A stretch of DNA of 64,000 nt. Source: Chlorokybus atmophyticus. Taxonomy: Eukaryota > Plantae > Mesostigma and Chlorokybus algae. The position numbers were made by a program, and so were the translations under genes. Below the pieces are notes generated by a model. It was not told where the DNA came from. It searched no databases and saw nothing but the letters and a program-made list of their open reading frames with translations. The stretch's first letter is position 1, and the number at the start of each line of letters is the position of its first letter. The stretch lies in the NCBI GenBank assembly GCA_009103225.1, contig RHPI01002090.1:1101932-1165931 (forward strand), written 5' to 3'. Positions 33,093 to 46,900 of this stretch are shown one piece after another.

Positions 33093-34039
33093 GGTATAGC
33101 GGCGATTGCCCAGATTATCAGGCAGGAACTTTTCTGCAGAGCATGCATGTCAGTACATGGCACCATATCGTTACTCCCCGCTACACAGCAGGGCAGTCCA
33201 AAGTAATAATATGTTCGCAATCTGCGTTTTTTGCACACATGTGGTGCGTTACATGCAGTGGCTGCCAGCCAGGCATGGCACGGCAGCTGCCCCGTGCTGC
33301 AGAGCCAAACCTAGTCGCTATAGATACTCATGCAGCTAATTGAGCTTGCGCAACCCATCAAAAAGTGCCTACCTATGAATGCAAGCCAGTCGACAACAAC
33401 AGGCGGTGCGAGTGACTGGCTTTGTTGATAACTAGCGTGCTGTGCTGGTTACTTTTACAGACACGGATATATTTGCATGCAGTGTTGTGCTGCAGAGCTA
33501 GTAATGTGACTAGTGATGTAAATATTCTACGTGTTGCAGTCGACATTAGCAGCATTGTTGACTGTGCGGTGCTGCCAGATTTACATCAATGTTGAATGCA
33601 GGCAATGCACAGCTTGATGTGGCCAAGCACACATTGCAGGTCGTGCAAGGACAGTATCAGCAGCCCTCGCAATTATGGTACAGCACAGCAGCGATAAAAG
33701 TGTGTAGACAGAGTAGTAGTGTACATCAAATGCAGGACATGCATGTGTGCAGATGTTATTGAAGCGACTATATAACACCCATAGCGAGTAACTAAGCAAC
33801 CAACAGATGTCTCTGCACACGTGGCCACGGCAGCCGACATCGATACAACACGATGCCCAGGCCAGTAGTGGGCTCGGGGTATGTACTACTGCTAGCTTGT
33901 GAAGAAACACAGAGTTGTATTATGGTCTTAGCATTGCGTGCACGTGCTCGAGCACGGCACGTGGGACAGCCAGTGCGGCTGGCATGGCGTTGCTGCTTTG
34001 GGATTTGGCGATTGGAGAAGCAGGTTGCAAGACAAGAGA

Positions 34040-36156
34040 CTAGTTCGTGCCTGCCAACACATGATCTCGCTTGGTACACTGTGACAATATTGAGGCACTG
34101 CATCAACTACAATGCGCTGTGCACGCTTACACGTGACAACTGGCATGTAGAGTTCCCCCGCGCCTGTAAAGTTGCACGCCCAGTCGCCTTGCTCAGGATG
34201 GCTTTGGTACCAGTAGTCCATCAGGTAGGCGGCGTTGTCTCTAACCACGGACGGGTCGCAGCTGTTTCTGTTGCCGCAGTCCAGGGCGCCACCAGTCGGG
34301 GAGCAAAGCCAACCGAGCACGCCACACATTTGATCCTGGAAGGTGCAAATGTGAACAGGGTTTGTAGACAGAAACGTGAATGGTGACTGAATGAACAGCG
34401 TAACCATTACGGGTCCTTACCACTGATGCACTGGCAATCGGCCTGCAGCGTTGCCGCACGACTGAGCCGGCAGAGTTGGGCTGGATATCAAAGCACTGCT
34501 GCAGAGCTTGCAATTGGTCGCTGGGAAGAGCTTGGTTTGCGGTCTGATAGATGCGCACCTGAATAGAATGCAAAATTGATGAGCACACGTCATAAACTCC
34601 AACCCAGTTGAGTCTCTGACCCTGAGACAACTGCAACTGTGACTCACCCAGTCTATCAGCAGTGCTGAGCTAGACCAGTCAGTCGGTGAGGGTGCGCCGC
34701 CGTAGTTGCCTCCCACAGCCAAATTGAGAAGCAGGAAGAAGCGCTGATCAAAGGGCTGGCGCTCAGCTGCATAGGGGTGATTCGGGCCATTGACTTGAAA
34801 TGACCTCCTCAGGCTCTGCAAAGCAGGACATACGTTGGTTGAGCATCTTACTTGGAACGTTGCACCAGCCCTTGTTGCGGCACGTGCGTGCACGTGTGTT
34901 GCTTACGCAACACATGCCAGTTGAGCCACCACTTGTTGCTGCTTAGTACCTGCTTGTGCGTGATGGTGCCATCAACCAACCAAACGAGAGAGTTGTAGCC
35001 CCACTCAAGGGCGAATACGTGATAGTCATCGGCAAAGTCCGCGACGCAGCTCAACCCCCGCAAGCCGCTGCAAGACATTTGCCTTGACTACCAGAATGCA
35101 CACACAAATGTGCAGGCTGTCGTGCTGTGTTGCGGACCTGGTAATGGAAGACTGGTACGGCCAGACGTCACCAAAAAAGATGGTGTTTTGGACCATGTTG
35201 GAGCTTTGACCCTTGGACTCCATGATGTCGATCTCACCGGAAGCGGCCCAGGTGCCATACTTGTTGTCGGTAGGCATCATCCAGATGGCTGGCCACAGCC
35301 CGCCTCCCTGGACAAGGGGAGTGTCTGTTCAGTAACCGAACATGGCATAGCTTGGCTGATGTGCTGAGCAGGACAGCATGCTCACCTTTGGCAGCTTTGC
35401 GCGCACTGCGATACGCCCGGAAGACCATGACGCGTCCGGCACGGAGTTGACCTTGCCACTTGTATACTGCGTGCAATGGGAGAAGGGCAAGAGAGCATTT
35501 GGACTTGCGTGCAAGAAAAGGGGTAAAGGGTCAACTTGTCATATGGTCTGACGGCGCACCGGCTTGGTGTTGGTGCAGTCGGCCCCGCTACGCGTGCAGC
35601 CATCAGTGGAGCCAGTGTATGTCTCTTGAACTGCTTGAAGCACCAGGTGGCCCTGCCATCCAGAGCAAGCCATATGTGACAAGTGAGCAGCTGTCCCAAG
35701 AGCTGGTTGTCACTTCCGCAGCGTTGCCACTCACCTGCTCCACTCTTAGGTTTTGCTGTCGGCTCGTATAGCATTCCAGCTCGTTGTTTCCACCGCCCCA
35801 GCAATCGACATTCGGCCTCCATTTCGTCAGGTCAAGCTGCGGCACATGCGATGAGAACTGTGCATAATGCTACGTATGCACACGCATTCATGTGCGTGTG
35901 CGCATGCATGCGCGTGCACCAGCCACCACAACGACTGCCAACATCACTGCAACAGCAGTGCTTGCTCTGTTGATCACGAGGAAAACATGCATGCTGCACC
36001 GTTGTGCACCTGATTGTCATTGAACTCGTCACTCCACACCAGACTCCATTCACATCCTGCGGGCGGCACAGGCGTTTGGGGATCCACGGGAGCACAGGAA
36101 CAAAGCACTGCCGCAGCAAGCAGCAAGCACAGCGAGTGAAAAGCTTGCACTGCCAT
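34040..36156 (-). CDS. Secreted GH16 beta-1,3-glucanase (laminarinase-like) with a C-terminal X8/CBM43-like module
   Basis: Signal peptide; LVWSDEFN; WGGGNNELECYT; YTSGKV; LWPAIWMMP...WAASGEIDIME; YHVFALEW; PFDQRFFLLLNLAVGGNY; then WLCSPTGGALDC...NAAYLMDYWYQ...WACNFTGAG. The stop position is inferred from one splice model. Confidence 0.9.
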
Positions 36157-38455
36157 GTTGCTGCTGCAGTCCAACAATGCACACTAGTTGCGGACTGGTT
36201 GAGGACCACTGGTGCTGGAGCCATGGCCACTGAAGTGTACTTATAGCAGACTGCATGCGCCATAGCAACACTGATTGAGCGGCTCACCTTGGAGCACTCG
36301 ACCTAGGGCATGCTTCAGCTCAAAAGTCAGTCAGTTGCGGCGAGCTGAAGTGCTCACACAAGCAGACGCACACAGGATGACACCGTTGCTGAACTTCTAT
36401 TGCATGTTTGCGTTGACAAGATATGCAAGCTGGCATAGTGTACGAGTCGTCATGATGAACTACACTGCTGTAACCCGACGTTTGTACACTTTGTGCCTAG
36501 TATTACACCCAAGCTAAGGCAATCATACTGTTTGCATAGTCCAAGAGTAGCTTTCAAGCAACAGGTCTAGCGTAGAGCATTAGCTTTGACAGTATCCACT
36601 GTTTGGTAATGATTGACTCCGTTACAGTTGGATGACTATTCCTGTGATAAGTTGCTATGCTTTCGTCTGCTATGCGGCAATCATGGTGAAAACAAACCTG
36701 CCTGTTTGACACATAGAAGCATGCGTGCCTGTGGTACTTAGAGTCTGTGTATACAACTCTATGTGTCACACAGGCATGTGACAATTGTGGCGTACGCAAG
36801 CATGCAATGGCTGCTCTAAGTCCGTCCTGTGATAATTGTGATTCAAATTATGGCTGCAAGCAACTATCCTTGCACCAAACAACTTACTTGCACTGTTATG
36901 CGTTACGCAAGCTGGCAGCCAGACAACGACCATGCATATGCTCCAGTCCGCACTTGGCATACGAGTTGGAACGACGTCGCTCTGATAAGCCACCAGCAGC
37001 CTCATCATCAACACACAGGACGGCGACACATGTAGTCGCTACGTTTGCAGCTGGTAAAAACACAGGCTGTGATTGCATGCGCCGCATGCCTATCTACTGA
37101 GGCATGCAGCTGCTGAAGTTCACTGACACTCACTAGGATCACCTCTCTTCACGGCCGATGTTGTCCTCTGCAAGCCAGTTCAAGCCAGCAAACCAAGGTA
37201 AGCCATCAACACTGAAGCTGTCTGGACTGTGCTCAGGCATCGACGGCGCCACCGTTTCGCCACGATGATGAGGCCGCCTAGAACACCCACCTCGCTTACA
37301 TCGACTTGTGCGCACACAGGACTGTGCGGGATAGTATGCGTGACATGTGTCGCTCTGCGTGTGCTTGCAAGGAGGAGGCTTTGGCCACCATCAACTGCGC
37401 TGCCTCGGCCTCGCCTCGGCTGCATGGTGGAGAAAGCTTGTGCTAAGCGGCAGACCTAACCTTACTGGAAAGCCCATACCTCCTGCGCCAGGTGTCAGCT
37501 GCCGAAACTCGATCCGCCGTCGGCAACGGCTCGTCGCTGAGGCCTGAGACTAGGGCTGGGTACTTCCGCACGGGAAGGGAAACGACGGAAGCTGCAATCA
37601 TGCATATACGGGGCATTCCGTGTGTAGTTGGTGCGAACCGACGCAAGCAAAGTAGCACCGCAAGGCAAAGTCAGGCACATCAATCAACCGAGTGGGGGCC
37701 AAGATAGAGCCATCATCAACAGGAAAGCAGTCCATCGAATTGAATTTATTGGATGATAAAGTTGTGTTTACCATCATTGAATGACAGCATGTCAGCGGTA
37801 TTCACAATATGCTGACAAAGTCGACCAGATAATAACCAAGCCTGTCGGTCAATGGGTGTTTCCACTGCGGACAGCATAGGTTGCTGAAGACCAAGTAGTG
37901 CGCACTGCCAGCACTTGCATCATGGACACAAAGTACTAGGTTTAGTCATGGCCTTTACCCGCGCGTGCAACCCAAGCGTATAGCGACATCCACCGCATGA
38001 TTACATCGACTGCTGCAAACACACTTCTTGCTTAATCTGTATACTTTCATCGGCGCAAGCCACTGGACGTTATATGCTAGTTCTATTGCGATCTTGCAAC
38101 GCTTGAAACATGCGAATTGCAAATGTGCAAACAGCGTAAGCAACGAAGCACACGTGCGGAGCCTCAGAACCTGGCAGGCTGGACTCAGGTTTGCGATCAA
38201 CATTGTCTCCATGAACCCTAAGGCAAGGCTACACGTTCCAGCTGCAAAGCTTACTCGCTTGCTTCCCAGATTGAGCATACACCTTGTGCATGGTACAAGT
38301 TCACGCGCAAGGTAGTGCCAATACTTGCTCAAATGTGCTTGTGCTTCTGGTGCTTCTGGTGCCTGCAGCGACTTTGTACCTGATGCACCAACTTGGCAGC
38401 ATTGCCAAGGTAGATGGTTCACAGCGCACAACGAACCCTTGGACAAGGCATGTGC

Positions 38456-40177
38456 TTATAGCGTGGGCTGCTCGGGTTGCGCGGCTGTGGTTGGTGGTGA
38501 AGAAGGCGCCGGCAACCTGCCTACGCTTTCAAACTTGTCGCGAAGGCGCAGTGGTGGCCTTGCTGCTTGCGGCAGTGGACGCTGCTTCTTCTCAAATGAC
38601 TCTGGCTGCAGGGACAAGGGTGTCAACTCCCTCTCAATTGTTGCAGCTCTAAGTTGAAAACAACTCCACACCCACCTTAAGCAGGGCGCGCAAACCGAGT
38701 TTGTTGTAGTACACGGTTGTCACATTGCCGCCAACATCTTCCACAGCCTTCTTTGCCACCGCGGACACCTTGGACACCTGCTCAACAGCATCAAAGCTGA
38801 AGCTGCGCTAGCAAGTGCGCATAGACAAGCAGTCCCTGGTTTCGCAACGTACCTCAATGTTGAGGGGAGTATCTACCTTCTGGCAGCCCTGCCACACCCA
38901 ACAAAAGTCAAGATTTGCGGTTAGCCGCAGAACTTAATGAGATTGCGCAGAGGTTTGCATACGATGGCGACTCACCCTCCCTAAAAGCTTCACGCCATCC
39001 TTGATCTTCTTTCCAATCACTCCAGCATCCCTTAATGTCTGCACCATAGCCCGCAATGAGCTTGATTGACGCTAGCTCAGGGAGAGTGCAAAATACTGTC
39101 CTGAACAGCTTACTTTCATGGTAATCAGCTGCGATGGATCTATGCGCCCTTGCTTGATAAAATCTAACACCTTGTCCATGCCAACCACTTCGTACTCCAA
39201 TGCATTCCTGTTGTAGTGAACCAACCAGTCTTGGTTGTTCACACCGTCCGTCCATGTGATTCATTCATTTGCAGACATGAAAGTTTTGACAGCACTTACG
39301 GATTGTTAAATCCCCGCTTGGGTATTCTTAGGCGAAGCGGTGTTTGACCTCCTTCAAATCCCAGTCGCGGTGTCCTTCCTGTGTACAGTTGATGCAACGT
39401 AAGCAACAAGACGAGGCAAACACCAGAGAAGATGGACGTGAACTCCATCTACTCCAGCAACGCAAGCTGAACATAAACTCAACTGACTATTGGGCCAAAC
39501 ACTATCACCTGCGCGCGCACTCTGCCCTTTATGACCACGACCACAAGTCTTCCCTTTTCCCGACCCAATGCCCCGGCCCACACGCTTGGCCTGAACGCAC
39601 CAGCACAAAACTTATCTTAGCATGGAGTCTGCAACCGTGACAACGCAGTTTGACTGCTGCACTGGGGCACTCACCGGGACGCCATAATAAAATTGTGCGC
39701 ATGTTTGCTGTGTGTAAATAGCTTGTGGAATTGAAGATGCGACAAAGAAGTGCATTGCTGTTTCTTATCGTACCAACACCTGCCCTACCGTGCACAACTG
39801 ACCACGGTACCTCTGGAAAATTCATATGGCGTAGTTACCATGCCATAGGCCTGTACCAATATGCAATGCTGGACTTGATAAACCTAGGAGACGCGCTTGC
39901 ATGCAAGTGTGCTGTCACTGTACTCGGCAGTGGTTGATAACTGCACCTTGTGTCGTGCTCCAGGGTTGTCCGCAATGTTGTGGAGCGTAAGGAACTCTTC
40001 TGCGTCGTTGTGCCAGCCTCTGCTCGCCGGTGCCGTCGAGGTCAACGTCCTGGCAGCCCAGGAAAACACCGAAGAAGACGGCGACGACGACGAGGAGGAT
40101 GTGCTCGCGGAGTAAGACGACCACCCAGCCTGGCGCAGGGCAGCCTGACACCGCAACCGCAGCAGCCGCAGCGCCAT
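38456..40177 (-). CDS. RPL15: Mitochondrial large-subunit ribosomal protein uL15m
   Basis: Presequence, then [13 protein letters not shown] | [26 protein letters not shown] | [17 protein letters not shown] | ...[12 protein letters not shown] | PESF. Confidence 0.93.
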
Positions 40178-40674
40178 TTCAGACGACAACAGTAACCACA
40201 CCAACACGCCTACTGGCTCGTTTCCCCAGGCCCAGTCTGCTGGTTGTGTAGTCTCCCGTGATCCTCCGCGCTTCGCTCAGGCTATCACCCCGCCCGCCAA
40301 AGCCGCGAACACCGCCGCCGCCGGAGCAACCTGGGCTTAGAGTTTCGTGCTACTTGCATTGGCAATTTACTGCAGCAGCTCGGTTGGTTGCGCGCCGGCG
40401 GTGAAGGCGGTGTGGGCGGCAGCCTCGCGGGTGGCGTAAGGTTGCCTGCTTGTTTGCAGCGTCCGTGAGCAGCCGAGTAGCTCTATTGGTGGAACGCTTG
40501 GCTGGGTCGGCGGTTTTCTATTTGTGCCCGCCCTGCGCGTGTTGTGCGATGGGGAGGCCAGGGTTTGCAACGGCATAAGCGGAGCGTGCTCATTTTGCGC
40601 TGCGTTCCTCATCATTTTCCAAAACTTTCAGACGCGGTTTGTCTGTTGCCATTTGAGCGACAGCGCATATCACG

Positions 40675-41736
40675 ATGGCTGTAGCCGCTGCTGGCGGGGC
40701 CAAAAGCTCTGCCCTCAGGGATGGTGGCTACATTGCCATGATTGCCGACGAGGTGAGACATTGTGTCCTTGCCCCATCTTTCTCTCCGTCAGCTTTCTTG
40801 CTCTTGCTTGATTCTTCATGGCCACAATTGCAAGCAATGGTTTAGCTCAAGTGTTCATTTGGTATGTGGTTTGGGAAGCCAGCGAATGTAAGTTAGCTGT
40901 TGCTCAATTCCAGATCAGCTAATCGGAGGTCCCCAAAGATAGCAAGTGCACTTGCCTGTGTACTTAGTGTACTCAGCGCAAAGTACACCTTTGTTCCAGA
41001 TTGGTTGCTAACAATAACAAACCACAAGGGCAACCACCTCTGACATGCTGCTTGCCCCTGTTTGTCGCTCGCCTATGTTGCATATATTTTCAAAACAGAT
41101 GTGTTCGTGCTTTGTTTAACCCGCTCGTTCAATTCACTAGGTATTTTGACAGTATTGTCGTCCAAACTGATGCTGATCTACAACTGTTTCATTAATGCAC
41201 AAGCCATGGTACCACAGGACACGATCACAGGGTTTTTGCTTGCTGGTGCCGGCAACGTCGATGTGCGCAGGAAAACAAACTTCCTGATTGTAGACTCAAG
41301 TAAGCATCGCTGCATGTGTGGATTTTATATATGTGTATATAATGCAGTGTGCTACTGCACATCAAGCAACGCCTGAACGCGAACATTGGGTGTTCACACC
41401 TGGCTGCAGAGACGACGACAAAGCAGATCGAAGACGCGTTCAAAGAATTCACAACGCGTGAAGACGTTGCTGTGGTTCTCATCAGCCAATACGTGAGCAA
41501 AGTTTCTTGTCTACTGCTTGCCCATTAGACACGTTGTTCAGAGCAACCTGTGAGCAAGCGGTTTGTACTGACATTTTGCTACCTGTGCGCAGATAGCCAA
41601 CATGATTCGCTTTGTGCTGGACAACTACCGCAAGCCAGTACCTGCGGTGCTGGAGATCCCCAGCAAAGATCATCCTTACGATCCAAATCAAGACTCGCTG
41701 CTTGCGCGAGTGAAGTTCATGTTTGGTGCCCAATAG
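40675..41736 (+). CDS. VHA-F: V-type proton ATPase subunit F (4 exons)
   Basis: IAMIADE | [10 protein letters not shown]...TNFLIVD | [22 protein letters not shown] | IANMIRF...[17 protein letters not shown]. Confidence 0.96.
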
Positions 41737-43926
41737 CCCATCGAGCCCTCTTGAGAAGCAACCCGCATGTAAGGCTGTTGCGCTGCTGTTAGCGCCCTGG
41801 GCATGATCAGCACCTGGACTCTAGTTGAACAGTTGATAGTAAGTTGTGCTAACAACGCCTGAGCTTGGTGTGCACAGTTGTTGCTGCGCATCATACGACA
41901 ACAAAACTTACATCTCGACATAAGCTGTGCTGTCTTTTGGGCAGTGTTGTGAAAGTTGTAAGTCGGTGCAGTGTGCAAGTTGCGAGGTTAAGGTCAGTGG
42001 CCACTATCACCAATGCGCTCGTTAGATAGGTGCTGTTGACTGCCGTGCTCGCGTGGCCCTGTGATTGCACGCTTGACACAGCTTGTGCCATTGTTAGGGA
42101 ACTATGTAGCCTAGCGATCAAAAACTAATCATTCAGGTATGGTGCCTGCTGCGCATATGTGTCACGCATATGTGACTTCAACACTTCAGCAAACATGCTC
42201 AGCACTCATGCGCGCCATGCATAATCAGCACCCACAAAAACCACAGCTCAGAAAGCAACCCACCAGGCGACATTGAATTCACATGCTAGAGGGCTCATCA
42301 AGTGACGCACAAACGACAATCAGTTGACGCAACAGAATCGCATATAGCAGCATGCGCTTTACGCAGTACGCGTCTCCTCCTCTCCTCTCGGCTCGCTCTT
42401 CTCACGCTGTGCGGGGGACGCGACAAGCTACTGCTATTGCTCGCCCACGCCTGCCTGCTGTTGTTGTTGTAGTTATGCTGCATATTGTGCTGTGGGTGCT
42501 CTGTGCTTAAGTGTGTTGGTGTGTACGCGCGTGTGCTGCATGATGTGTTGTGGGTGCTGTGTTAGTGCGACCGTTGTGTGTGCACGTCACAATGTGCAAG
42601 CACCATTGCACCTTGAATTGTGCTCCATCTGCAGGACAACCAATGTATACGACAGACGAAAAGAGTTAAGCACGTACAGATTTGCGTGAGTATGCACTGA
42701 AACACCAACATCAACAACTTACTAACTCGCGAGCATTAACGAGCACCTGGTTAAGCCACGCGCCTGCCATCACTCTTATATGTGGATATTGATGGTGCAT
42801 AACAGATTACTGGGTACATGATATGCTATGGCAGCCTACAGCCGTCAATGGTGTGCCAATGTGTCTTATTTTCTTTATCACAAAAGCTCACAACGGTTGC
42901 AGGCCATTATAATGGCCATTGGCAACAAAGCAATGTTGCAACTCTATATCACAACATGTCTGCATAGGGTATGTCCGAATCATGCACATTCATGCACACA
43001 CATGCTTAACCAACAAACACATGCAATATAGGTTAGTAGAGAGCAAAGTCAGGGGCAGGCAGCTTCAACTACACGACGTGAGCGACCACATATACTACTT
43101 GTGAGCCCAAAGCAATTAAAGACACGTCCAGGATTTGTCACACATATAAGTCAAGGGTGTCACTCTGCTGCCGCTGTTGTTCATGTGGTGCGTGTGCTGG
43201 CTGGCTTGTGCTCTCACTTGACAATGCTTGTATGCAGTCATATATTCTATGTGAATGCTTGCGACTCTTCGAACCGTTGCAAAGAATGGAAACGTGCTAT
43301 CAAATGGCCTGTAGGCATTGTTGGTTGGTTGTTGTGACGGATACACAAGGACCTGTCCGGCCTCTTGGCGGCTGAGGCCCAGTCAGCCTGTGGTGTTGTC
43401 GTCTATGTCGTCCACGTTCACGTCGTCCTTAGCAAGCTAACAGCTCGGCCTGACATCACATGCTTGCTGCGCTGGTGGTTGACCTCTTGCCCGCTTCTCT
43501 TTGCCCCATCCTTGCCCTCCTCTAGTTGGTGCCTAGTGTCTTTAGTTGTTGATGTCGTGTTCGCAGTCATTGCCAAGCGCTGATTCTGGCCCCCACCCAA
43601 AAACAAAATGTAACCATGCGTGTATGCTTGTCCATTGTCATTTGCATCTAATTGCCTTATATCTGCACAGCAACCCTTGCCCAGTGGTTGACCTCTATCG
43701 GTCCCCACTGGTGAGTGACACCAGTGGGGACCGATAGTGACTCACCGCAGCATGGCAACTTGACATCGTCGTCAGAATGTTCGTCGACGAGTATCCAGTG
43801 TCATCGGATTCTCATTGACGGTCAACTGTGACGGCGCTACTAGTGCGCATGGCAGCCACAGTCAGCTGCTTGGTGCTGTAATCGCCGGCAGGTGACTACG
43901 GCGGGGCAAGGAGGTGGCGGACGGCC

Positions 43927-46900
43927 ATGGCCTGGCGGGTGGGGCGGGGGCTCGCCGCCGTAGCCGGGGGCCTGGTGTTCGGCAACCCCGACGAGGATGG
44001 ATGGTCTTCAGCTGGAGGGCAGAGTAACGAGGATGAGGCCGGCGTGGAGGCTCTGTTGGAGAGGATCGCCAACGGCACGCTCCCCTCCGACAGGTACAAG
44101 CCTCCACTCCTGCCACTCGCTACTGCACGCTTTTGGAGTACTTGGCTAGAACATTGTGTGATGATACACTACTATGTAAACTTCAGTTCACTTGGAAGGG
44201 TAGTAAAGCGATCCAGCTTGCAAAGGGCTATCAGCTGCTGGTCAAACTTCTGACGTTTTCACCTGTGCGACCCTGCTGCGATTGGAGCTTGTCATTGCTT
44301 GCTATCATGCCTACCCGCACGCTACTGCGATCAATATCGTTTCGTTTTGTGTCGATTTGTATGCAGTTGCTAGTAGTCCCCACGACAGTCGATCAGACCA
44401 CAGCGTCGTCGCCGTGCCCACATCATGCATGCGATGTAGCCACTTTGCTGTTCCACGTCCAAACCCTCAATTGTGACCCCAAATAGGTTTCTGATGGTTG
44501 CATGCTTGACTTGGGGCAAAGAGCTTGTGCTTTCGTGTTTGCCTGTGTACAGTTGCCATGTCAGGGGTCCTGCAACGACCATGTTACAGTGTTCAGTGTG
44601 CATGGCGAATATTGCTGATGTGGCACGGTTCTGAGCAACTTGTGGGCCGACAGGCGATCCGCTGTGATGACTTTGCGCGATGAGACTGTTGATTCAACAA
44701 CTGCACAGCTGGCGGTTGGCGCCATGGGGTTTCCCGTGCTAACAGGCGTGTTGCGAGACGAACGACAGGACACTGAGATGGTGCATATTACTTGCCGTAT
44801 TCTTGTGTTTGCGACAGCTACTGTGCTGCACACATTGCTTGCGCTTGGCTGTGGTCTCTTATGAGTTATGCTTTGCAGATTCGAGCTGCATTGGAGGTGC
44901 TGCTTAATGCTATGGGCATTACAGGGGCACCTCCGCCAGCGGACGGCAAAGGCATACGTCCTGCCGCTGTGAACGCAGAGCTGTTTGTCAACAGCAAGGG
45001 CAGCGTCTCACTGCTCCTTTCCCTGCTGGTGAGTTTACTCATGCACGTGCGCGCTGGCATGCGGTGAGAATTGAAAGCATGCGTGCACAGGAAGAGGAGG
45101 ACTTTTATGTTCGCTACCACGCTGTACAGCTGCTCACGTTGCTGCTGCAGCATTCAAGTGGCAGGTTTGTGTCTTGGACTCCTCAACTTCATTAGATCAT
45201 CAATCTCCATGCTTGAAAGTCAACGACCATACGCATTACTCCAGTCTGCTAGCGTGACAAGGGTTTCGTTAGGCTTCAGGAGGTAATCCTGCAGAGCCCA
45301 ATGGGTGTGTCGCGCTTGATGGACATGACGTTGGAGCGTGAGGTGCGTGGTTTGGAGCTGCTTGCCTCCTACTACCTTGACAGGATGTTGAAAGCGATGT
45401 CAACCAGGCAGCGAGCATGCAGTCATCACTGATGATGCAGGTCATTCGCAATGAGGCGCTGTTGCTGTTAGTGGCATTGACGCGGAGTAACGACGAGATA
45501 CAAAAGATTGTTGTATTTGAAAGCGCGTTTGACCGCGTATTCAGTATCATCTCTGAAGAGGGTTATGCGGAGGGAGGCATCATCGTTCAGGTGTTCATGC
45601 AGTTGCTGTCATGTGTGTTGGACTGGGTGTTCATGCGCTTGTTAGCAGCTGTTGCCAGATTGTCAGTCTGGTCGCAGCACATGGCTAAAACTTGTGGTAA
45701 CAGGATTGCTTGGAGCTGCTCAACAATCTGTTGCGGGGCAACATCTCCAACCAGGTTAATTCTGCAATTTCGCTGTGGTTATTAGCTGTCAAGCCCTTGA
45801 ACACATGACATCTACAGGTATACTTCCGCGAGTGCGGCTTTATGCAGCAAGTGCCTCCGTTGATTCGGCAGAGAGCGTCATCGTTAGAAACCCTGTCGCG
45901 GCAAAAGGTTGACAGTTGGTGTTGAGCTAGTTGCTGGTAGTAGATTCCATGTTGCAAACAGCATGAAACTTTTCAACGAGTCGACATGTCTCACTTGATG
46001 CCAATGCTGTGCACTTCTTCATCCGTCAGTGAACGCTAGACAATTCGCAGGCAACCAACATTCTGTGCGCACTGGAAACTGTTGCTTTGCTGCTTTCTCG
46101 TGGTAGCGGACAACCTGAGATGGTCGCCAACTGCCTCGCAAACCAAACACTGCTGGGGCAGGTTGGTTCCCAGATTGCTATTGGTTACACAGGCGGTGGG
46201 TGCATAGACAGGGGACGTTGCTATCTCAACTTGCTTTCCGGTTGCAGAGCAAAATCATCGAGGCATTGTTGCCGCTGGCTTTGGAAGGCCGAGTGTCGTT
46301 GGTGCCCATCCGTGCACAAGTAAGGAGAGTTATCTGCATGAGCGACACATTCTGGTCCAATTGTTTGTTGGCTCTCTATTGACAGCTACTGGCAGGCACT
46401 CTTCTGCTTGAGTATGCTGGTAGAGGGCCATGCAGGCAACTGTGACATTCTTGCGATTGCGGAGGTTGAAGACCGTGCAACAGCCACATCCATGCCGGCG
46501 TTGAGTGCTGCCCTGCGTTCTGCACTTGTTGCAGCTGATCCAGTGGAGAGGCGAGCTGCGCTTGCTTTATTTGCGGCGTTCTGCAAGGTAACAGTGGTTT
46601 GCTCACTCCAACCCTACCCACTTTGATTTGCAGCTCACAGACACCAACACTCTCAATGATGTTTACAAAAGCTGCGCCTGCTTTAACTGTTGCGCTTGGA
46701 TGCTGATTTGTCGTACTTACAGGGCAACAGAGACGGACAGGAAGTGCTGGTGTCAACGATCACTCCGCTGCCTCAGGCAGATGCACACTCACTGCGATCC
46801 CTGGGGCCTGAGGCTAGCAATTATGCATCTTTTGGCAGGTAAGCTCGTTTGCTTCCACAAACCTCTTGAGTACTATGCTGTAAGACTTTTGCGCACTGAC

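Noticed and set aside
37150-37710. GC-rich stretch with splice-like sites suggesting a gene
   Set aside because: No phase-consistent exon chain or recognisable motif could be built.
41900-43860. Several short ORFs and donor-like sites between VHA-F and USO1
   Set aside because: Frames are closed by stops and no homology was recognised; may be UTR or non-coding transcript.
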